Positions 55,636 through 64,000 of a stretch of DNA of 64,000 nucleotides are shown here, in pieces. The position numbers and the translations under genes were made by a program. A model generated the notes under the pieces. The model worked only from the letters and a program-made list of their open reading frames with translations. It was not told the origin of the DNA and searched no databases. Source of the DNA: Octopus vulgaris (taxonomy: Eukaryota); contig OX597818.1 in NCBI GenBank assembly GCA_951406725.2, positions 86,242,001-86,306,000 on the forward strand, written 5' to 3'. Each line of letters begins with the position of its first letter. Position 1 is the stretch's first letter.

Positions 55636-56779
55636 GAAAGACCTTTTGAGCTAATTATGTTAACACTTTCGTGTAACCATGGTGATGTCACGGTTGAAGT
55701 ATAATAAAATCAATTAAAAATATCTTCATATTTCATCATAGTTCTAATTGGTCAATGCAGAAATTTCTAGATGGTGTACTTGGTGTGTTTGATGATTGAA
55801 AATAGGGAAGCAAAACGAAATGGCAGGGGTGGGGCGATGTTAAAAGAATACGGATATATTGGGGTGGATGCATCAAGAGCATGTTCTATTCATTCATTTG
55901 TCTTTTGTTAATCGCATACGTTGACAGGTTGTAAATACATCGTATTGAAATTGTAACCTATATATTGATCTAAAACGATACTTTCAGTTAAGAGCGGTTT
56001 ATCAGAGTATTGATACCCTTTAAGGGAATATGTAGCTATATAGCTTCCCTTCACGAAACGCAGATTTTCTCTGAGTTCTGCAGGTAGGAATATCAATTAA
56101 ACTGTGTAACATGATTTTTCTCTTTGGGTAGCAACTGTAATTTCCTATTGTAATTTCCTAGAAATTATGAAAATTGGCTAATATTTCCTTCAAACTTTGA
56201 TTTTGTTACATTTATTCAATCCCCAAATAATCTCAGTACATGGCTACGATGCTCCCCCACAACTTCTGCTCATGATCAGAGATGCATATATTGTCAACCA
56301 CCAAAGGACATGTTCAACTGGTTATGGTCAAGTGACTGACAAGCAAATCTGTAGTATTGAGGAGAATATATACTATAACGATGTTTCTGCTTCAACAACT
56401 CAGCGGTGAATGTCTCTGAAATGTAATGGAAAATAGGTTAATTTCAAAACATTGATGTCCAAGTCACAAGAGCAAAGTTTGAAGGGAATAGTAGTCATTT
56501 CCTTTAATTTCTAGGTAGAAGTAAATAGGAAATAACACTTACTGACCAGAGACAGAAAAAAAGCAGTAATAATAATAATAATAATAATAATCCTTTCTAC
56601 TAAAGGCACAAGGCTGAAATTTGGGGGAAGGGACTAGTCGATTATATCGACACCAGAGTTTCACTAGTACCCAATTTATCGACACCGAAAGGTCTCGATA
56701 AATTCACTATACACTCACTATAAATACACGTTGTGCTGAAATCGAGGAAAGCTAGCCAACAGAATTTTCTTTTAAAGTT

Positions 56780-56848
56780 CGTTATTTCTATATTGAATCA
56801 ATTTCGGGATTAATCTTATAGATTCTTCCCTCTGCAGTAGAAAATACG
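56780..56848 (-). ncRNA. Type-I hammerhead ribozyme (A6C in this copy)
   Basis: CGUauUUUCUA CUGCAGA GGGA-ag-AAUCU-aua-AGAUU-aa-UCCC GAAA UUG-auu-CAA UA/ UAGAAAuaACG. Confidence 0.75.
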
Positions 56849-57082
56849 ATAAGAAATAAATGAAATACTTATACGCACCCATGGAAAAAAGCACAAGCAA
56901 GAGTCATAAGTACACATAAGTACCCCAGTTATATCTAAATGCAAAATCCTTTAGCTAGCCTCAGCACACGTGTGAACTATTCTGAATCACAACTTATAGT
57001 GGTTACCAGTCCCTAAGTGAATGGTAATAAATCTACTACTAATATAGGATTAAAATTTTTTCAGAAAAAAAATTCATCAAAA

Positions 57083-57140
57083 GTGAAGAGGAAAGAATTT
57101 ATAAGATTAATCCCGAAATTGATTCAATATAGAAATAACG
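57083..57140 (+). ncRNA. 5'-truncated hammerhead ribozyme copy
   Basis: gUGAAGA GGAA..UCCC GAAA UUGauuCAA UA UAGAAA. Keeps A6 but lacks C3 and the 5' strand of stem I. Confidence 0.6.
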
Positions 57141-57423
57141 AACTTTTTAAAAAAATTCTGTTGGCTAGCTTTCCTCGATTTCAGCACGACGTGTATTTAT
57201 AGTGAATGTAAAATGAAATGTGGAAATTGACGATTTAAAGTCTGTTATCAGCATATTGGCATAGAAATAATTTTTCTTTTGCCCTTGTTTATAAGTTGTT
57301 ATATATATATATTGTTATATTTCGGAATGGTCATTTTGCCAGTTTAGCCAATAAAAACACACGTATTTGGTGTTATTTTGCTTCATTGTTATTTATTTTT
57401 TACATTAATCTTAATCTTATTTC

Positions 57424-57468
57424 GGCCAGAGTTCTTTCGTCACACTCCTGTGACCGCATCAGTGGTCC
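57424..57468 (-). ncRNA. Minimal HHR-like motif in the PLE 3' region (non-canonical A9)
   Basis: GGaCCA CUGAUGCG GUCACA-ggag-UGUGAC GAAA GAAC UC/ UGGCC. Confidence 0.5.
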
Positions 57469-57790
57469 TTTGTTTTCTTCTTTCTTATTTGTGTCTCCCC
57501 TTACTAACCGTCAGCCATTTTGTATTTCTATTGTATGTCTTCATTTGCGCATGTTTATATCTCTATGTGCGTTTATGTTTATTTAGTGTGTGTATGTGGG
57601 GGGATGCCTGTAATATTTGTTTCTTCTGTTTATATATGTTCATGTAATTTGTATTTTGTTTTTTGTTTTTGTTGTTTTTTGTTTATTCTTATTTTGTTCA
57701 TGTGTTTACATCCACTTATTATTATCATTACATATGCTTGTATGTATAACAACAATACTAGTAATAATAATAATAATAAATCGAATCGAA

Positions 57791-57824
<34 letters not shown>

Positions 57825-57868
57825 AAAATTAAAAAATTAAAAAGTTAAAAGAAAAATCTACACACACA

Positions 57869-57914
<46 letters not shown>

Positions 57915-57996
57915 CATACATATACATATATATAGCTATTTATTTCTATTAGTTTATTTATCTGTGTATTTATTATGTTTTCATGATCCTCTATTG

Positions 57997-60405
57997 TCAT
58001 ATGTTGTGGCATGTGTTAGTGCTCCATTCTAGTTTTCTATTCAGGCTAGGTTTATTTTCTACTATGTATGTAGCTTCTGTAATTTGTCTAATTGTTGCAT
58101 CTGATCTATGTGTGGATAATATTTTAATTTCTATGTTATTGATTGATCCCCCGTGTTCCTGTTTGGCGTGTTGGTACAGAATCGATGAGCTTTTACCTTC
58201 CTTGAGTTGTCTCCAATGCTCATTTACCCGCTCTCCTATGCTTCTTGCCGTTTCCCCTACGTATGGCGTTGTCTTGTTACTGCATCGTCCCTCTATACAT
58301 CTTATACTATAGACTACATTTCTGGCTTTACAGTTTGTTTGTGGGCTAAATCTACATACAGTACTTATCTGTACAGGGTGTTCTACTAAAAGGATAGGTT
58401 CTACCAATTATAGATTTGATAGGGTTGCCTGGCTTTTCAACAACCTGAATTCTTAGTTTAAGTTTGTCTAGGGTCCTTCTAAAGCGGTACGCCAGTTCAC
58501 CTCCAGGGGTGGTGTCAACGAACATGACACTCTGGTATTTATGGCTATCATACCAAGAGTTGGCCTTCCCTATTTTCTTTTTTGTCCTTTCTATAGTGTT
58601 CCATGACTTGTTCCTATAGAGTGGGCAAATCCCATTCCTATCATTACATAATATATTATCAAATTTCTTAATGGCTCCTTTGTATACTCTGATCCTTTCT
58701 TTATGGCTGTAACCTGAGAACTGCATGCGGTGAATGAAATATTGTATGTGTCTCTTTAACTCTGTAGGCTCGCACATGCGTGACACATTTCTCATTATTC
58801 TGACGAGGTCTGCCATCAAAATATTGAATTTGGCATTGTCGCAATGGCTGAGTTCCGGTGGATCAAGTATTTTGAGGCCATAGGTTTGGCATAGTATGAA
58901 TGAAGGATTTGGGTTTTATTATTCACAATTTTTAGCCAGAGTTCGGTGTCTAGTACTGGTAGTCTATGGTTGGGGTGTTTAGTGGGGTAGTCTATTGTGA
59001 CCTTAATACTCTGGTGAATGGAGTTAGCTATTTGCTGGATGCTCTCCATAGTATTAGTTTCTATTACTATATCAACATTACTCTCTTGTGGGGGTGCCTT
59101 TACCACTATGTTGATATCATCAACATAGCGAGAGTACATGTTTACGAGTATGGAGTTCTGTGTTAGGCGTTCTTTAAGCCTTCTGTCCCACCATACCATG
59201 AAAAGGTTGGCCACATCACCAGCGATACTAACGCCGATGGCTGCCCCCTCGTCCTGGGCATATATTTTATTATTAAACTTAAACGTGTGGCCTTTTAGGG
59301 TAACTCTTATACTAGCTCCTAGTGCATGTGTGATCATTTTCTTTATCTGATGGACATTTGCGGGGCTCCGTATGGCTCTGGTCCATCCGCGCCATCTTTC
59401 TATATGTGTTTTCCTAGCCATAGAAGTAATTGTGGGCGGTCTACCTCTTAAACATCTACTGGGGCAGAAACTACTAAGATTATGTTTATCTAAGTATTCA
59501 TAATTACATGTCAGTCTAAGTAGGAGGCCCAGTTCTTCTGTGTTGACATTACAGAACTCCACCTGGCTCTCATTGATCATCTCCACGCACTTCTCCACCG
59601 CAAAATCTACGTCGATCGATGGGTATAGGGATACCACATCCATGCTACCCACCATACATTCTGTCAGGTCACAAGTGCTGTTACAGTCATCGATCCTGCC
59701 GAGGAGATCTTCTGTGCTGTCACAAACATCAGGTGACATCCGGATTATAGGGCGTATGATCATTGAGAGGAAGTAGGAGATTCTGTAATTGCTAGCGATA
59801 TTCGCTCCACAGACTGGTCTTGTTGGTGGTCCTACTATAGGGTCAGTAATTTCTTTATGGTCCTTGCGAAGTCCATACAGTGCCGGGATATCATTGTTCC
59901 AGGCTTGGAAATTATTTGCTGTACGTTTCTGGGGTCCCAGAACAATTGTCCACATCATTATGTGGGCGTTGAGGACCTTTTCTCTCTCCTCATGTGCCTG
60001 TACAGTTGTTATTTTCGTATTGGCGATATGAGGTTGCATTGCCTGGATGTAGTTCGGTAAGCTGTCTATTGACATCTTGCCGGACTTATCTGTGAGACGG
60101 CATACCACCTCTCCGTTCCTCGTGCGCTGAATGAGCTTATGTAGGCCACATGCAGGTTTAATCCCGTGTTGTTGGGCCTCTGTCTTATTCTGTCTCTGTC
60201 TCTTAGTGTATAATCCTAAAATCTGTCTAAGTTTGGTCCTAGCTATAGTGAACTGTGCTTCCATGTGGTCATTAGTATTTCTTGGGATGTAGACTCTTTT
60301 GTTGAAGGGTAATGTTGTTGGATAAATCCGGCTCATGCAGTAAGTTTTGTCACATACGTTGAAGAATTGAGTGTCAAAGGGGTGGGTATACATGTCAATG
60401 GTCAT
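57997..60405 (-). pseudogene. PLE reverse transcriptase-GIY-YIG endonuclease with two frameshifts
   Basis: TDKSGK, LYGLRKDHK, RPVC, GSMDVVSLYPSI, QDEGAAIG, YSRYVDD, LPVLD, RMQFSGY, Cys cluster, NVVYSIRC..YVGETARSIGERVNEH..QITEA..LNRK. Frameshifts near 58830 and 58358. Confidence 0.93.
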
Positions 60406-60800
60406 TCTAGGGTTATCTTCATTATCGTTACTGTTTCCATCATCAGCCTCCTATTATTATTACTACCATTACCACTACTATTATTATTACCATTCCGAAA
60501 TATAACAATATCTGTTTCAACACACGACTTCACATAAAAAATCTTGCACAGCAAATATTTAAACGTATATATATATATAAGACTAGACTTGTTTTCTAAT
60601 AATTTCTTCATTTAGTTTACTTTTATTTACTTATCTAGAACTTTCTGAGTCAAGACCATGCTGGATCGTCAACTTCATGCATACATATGTGTATTATATC
60701 ATATCATATCATATTATATTATATTATATTATATCATATTATATTATATTATATTATATTATATTATATCATATTATATTATATTATATTATATTATATT

Positions 60801-60883
60801 ATCCTAGATTAAAAGCTTCACTCTGCGCGAACTTTTAGTATGTCTCCTGTAAAGGGCTATTTGGGCCTGCGGCCCAAAACTAA
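60801..60883 (+). mobile_element. Possible mini-Helitron
   Basis: Starts A|TC after (ATATT)n; ends with the hairpin TTTGGGCC-tgc-GGCCCAAA then CTAA (CTAG-like). Confidence 0.3.
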
Positions 60884-61931
60884 CGGTAACAATGATAATA
60901 AAGTATTTATCGGTAGCCTATCCATATGGTATTACTATAAATCCTGTTTAAATGAAAAACTCGTCAGTTCACAACTTTTTGGAGTTCTTATAAAATGTGA
61001 ATAGAAGATATATATATATATATATATATACGCATACATATATATCTACACCACCGCTTGATAACTGGTGTTGCTGTGATTAGTTTCACTTAACTTAGTG
61101 GTTCGGTAAAAAAAAACCAAAAAAAGTACCAGTATAAAAATAAAGAACTGGTATTGATTTGTTCGATTAAAATTCTTGAAGATGATACCCCAGAGTAGCC
61201 GCAATCTGACGAATGAAAAAGATAAAAGAACTGCTAAATTCCTTAGTAAAACCTAAAGCTAAGAGAGGTAACCTTGTACTATGGCCCTGAAGCCTATCAC
61301 GGTCGCTTCACCCGCTAGAAATATGAACGCGAAGTTTTCAAAATCATATCCCGATGCTCTGTGTTCAAGAAACAAGTAAAGGGCAGGTTTTCAATCCCGG
61401 GATCATCCTGGTTCCCGAAAGATATATATCTATGTTGAGCAAATGCAGGGGTCCCAGACGGACAGACAGAATTTCGCTTTTATTAACATTAATAATTGTA
61501 AAATAGAGGAAATAAAATAAATCTTGGCAAATTGATCTAGAAGAATCTCTGCATCTCTTTGGTTAAACAAATCACTCAGAAAATTCCAGGTAACTCAACT
61601 GCATAATTCAACAATTTGCACAGAGCTAAACGTTTGTTTACTGGCCTTGACTGGCAATTTCTTCACCTTAAGGATGTAAGCCAGATTTATGGTAACGCTT
61701 ATATGCATCTACTACTAGTTGCATATCCTTGACGTTTTGCACACTCCATCTGCCAGTATTACAAATATTTCGTAATTCCGACCTCCCAGAAACAGGTGTC
61801 GCACCTCAAATACCATATCCTCTCCCCGTACGATTCTGTATCTTTTGTACTCCAAGCAAACTTGTTCTGTAAATAAATATCTATAAGCTTCTAGACATCA
61901 GTGTTCAACTATTTTCAGTTTATTATTTTTC

Positions 61932-61999
<68 letters not shown>

Positions 62000-62039
62000 C
62001 AAATCATTTATGCACTACTACGTGTTTCTATATTGAGGA

Positions 62040-62097
<58 letters not shown>

Positions 62098-62110
62098 GAT
62101 ATATATATAT

Positions 62111-62522
62111 AGGCGCAGGAGTGTCTGTGTTGTAAGTAGCTTGTTTACAAACCACATGGTTCCGGGTTCAGTCCCACTGCGTGGCACCTTGGGCAAGTGT
62201 CTTCTACTATAGCCTCGGGCCGACCAAAACCTTGTGAGTGGATTTGGTAGACGGAAACTGAAAGAAGCCCGTCGTATATATGTATATATATATGCGTGTG
62301 TGTGTTTGTGTGTCTGTGTTTGTCCCCCTAGCATTGCTTGACAACCGATGCTGGTGTGTTTATGTCCCCGTTTTTTAGCGGTTCGGCAAAACAGACCGAT
62401 AGAATAAGTACTGGGCTTACAAAAGAATAAGTCCCGGGGTCGAGTTGCTCGATGAAAGGTGGTGCTCCAGCATGGCCGTAGTCAAATGACTGAAACAAGT
62501 AAAACAGTAAAAGAGTAAAAAA
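62111..62522 (+). mobile_element. SINE family A, reference full-length copy
   Basis: tRNA-like head with GGTTCAGTCCC B box, CCTTGGGCAAGT core, internal TA/TG microsatellite, and a tail ending GAAACAAGTAAAA. Confidence 0.9.
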
Positions 62523-62526
62523 GTAT

Positions 62527-62603
<77 letters not shown>

Positions 62604-62898
62604 CTCACAGATTTGTTTATGTGTGTGCATGCGTGCCAGTATTCGCGAGTTCGTAAAACGACATCAGCCGAATCTGCGCGTACAATAATACTAAAACCGC
62701 ACCAAACGTTTACATATGTGTGTATCCTAATATGCTGGTGAAGCACAAAATTTCCTCTCTGCGTCTATAGAATACATCACTGAAAGTAAATATACATGAC
62801 TGTGTCTGTGGGTATGGTTAATCTTAAAGAGTTTGAGAACGATTATTTCTCATCCAGTAACCTATTGCAGTTATTGTAAACCATTCCTTTAGTGATTC

Positions 62899-63550
62899 AT
62901 GTATGTATGTAAGTATATATGTATATATGTATGTATGTATGAATGTATGTATGTATGTATGTATGTATGTATGTATGTATGTATGTATGTATGTATGTAT
63001 GTATGTATGAATGTATGTATGTATATACGTATGTATGTACATATGCATGTATATATGTGTGCTGTTATGTACTTATTTATGTATGTAAATCATTCCTTTA
63101 GTGATTCTCCAATTATGTATGTATGTACGTATATATATATGTGTTTTTTTATGCACTTACCTACGTATGTATTCATGTATGTATGTATATTTATATGTAT
63201 GTGTTTATGTATGTATACATGTATGTAGGTATGTATGTATACATGTATGTAAGTATGTCTATATGTATGTTTTTATGTACATATTTATATATGTATGTTT
63301 ATATGTATGCATATGTGTATGTATGTATGTACGTATGTATGTATATATGTGTGTTTTATGCACTTATTTATGTATATATTCATGCATGTATATATGTTTA
63401 TATGTATGCGTTTATGTATGTATACATTTTTTTAGGTATGTGTGTATGTTTTTATGTATGTATGCATGTATGTAAGTATGTCTATATGTATGTATCAATA
63501 TATGAGTGTTTTTATGTACATTTATATATGTATGCATGTATGTTTATATA

Positions 63551-63585
<35 letters not shown>

Positions 63586-63625
63586 TTGTATATATGTATG
63601 TATGTATGTATACATGTATGTGCAT
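62899..63625. repeat. Degenerate (TATG)n array
   Basis: Directly visible; the flank CATTCCTTTAGTGATTC occurs at 62882 and again at 63091. Confidence 0.9.
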
Positions 63626-64000
63626 ACTATTATAACCACACTGTTACTGAAGCCATCTCCTGTGACGAATAGGGCAAAAGCTTCCGATTCACTTCCGGTT
63701 CACAGAAATCACTTTAACTAACGTGACATTTTGGAAGCGAAAGATATATCTAGAAATTTCTTAACCGATGCCTACTATAGTTTTTGGAATATTTTTAGAG
63801 TGAAAGAGATAACAGTATAATGTTAAGGAGGGAAATTACAAAGGACAGAAAATGAACGAGAAAAAACGTTAGAAAGACAAAGATATGGAAGGCAGGGAAG
63901 GAAACACCATTTGAAAATTGCAGATTGATGTAAAAGAAATCGAAAATATACGATTAAATTTGTGATTGAGTAACTTCCATAATTTTCTCTTAGTCGATTC

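Larger units (their letters stand above)
56710..57210 (-). mobile_element. HHR-bearing non-coding element with ~127-bp inverted duplication
   Basis: 56710-56836 is the reverse complement of 57084-57210 with few mismatches. Confidence 0.85.
57309..60511 (-). mobile_element. Penelope-like element (Naiad-like), probably 5'-truncated
   Basis: RT + GIY-YIG coding region, 3' non-coding region with an HHR-like motif, and a perfect 23-bp inverted repeat at 57309-57331 and 60489-60511. Confidence 0.88.

Noticed and set aside
57997-60405. Selenocysteine recoding, as reported for some Naiad PLEs
   Set aside because: No in-frame TGA interrupts the reading frames; the breaks are frameshifts.
60430-60455. 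CUGAUGA..GAAAC on the minus strand near the PLE 5' end
   Set aside because: Only 2 nt separate the core and GAAA, so no stem II can form.
57309-60511. DNA transposon or LTR element, suggested by the 23-bp inverted repeat
   Set aside because: The cargo is PLE RT + GIY-YIG with no transposase or integrase; inverted ends are a known PLE feature.

Overview
AT-rich eukaryotic (animal) genomic DNA, packed with microsatellites and transposable-element debris. No host protein-coding gene can be supported. The SINE families look like those of octopus/coleoid cephalopods (inference from memory, not a database result). Recognisable elements: a frameshifted Penelope-like element (PLE; RT + GIY-YIG, Naiad-like) at 57.3-60.5 kb; full-length decayed mariner and Tc1 transposons; several R4/Dong fragments beside (TAA)n; three RTE LINE remnants (one with three C2H2 fingers, one with a twin-priming-type inversion); a Gypsy pol remnant; MITEs; Helitron-like pieces; and four tRNA-SINE families. 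The most notable signal is a set of short non-coding elements carrying type-I hammerhead ribozyme (HHR) folds from several unrelated sequence families. Two occur as divergent inverted pairs (41.3-41.9 kb and 56.7-57.2 kb), one has a G3:C8-swapped minimal core (27.8 kb) and one lies in the PLE 3' end. All four loci share a '3' segment copied in inverted orientation at the 5' end' architecture, and most abut (TA)n. This suggests retrozyme-like non-autonomous RNAs mobilised by PLEs. All folds and translations were done by eye.
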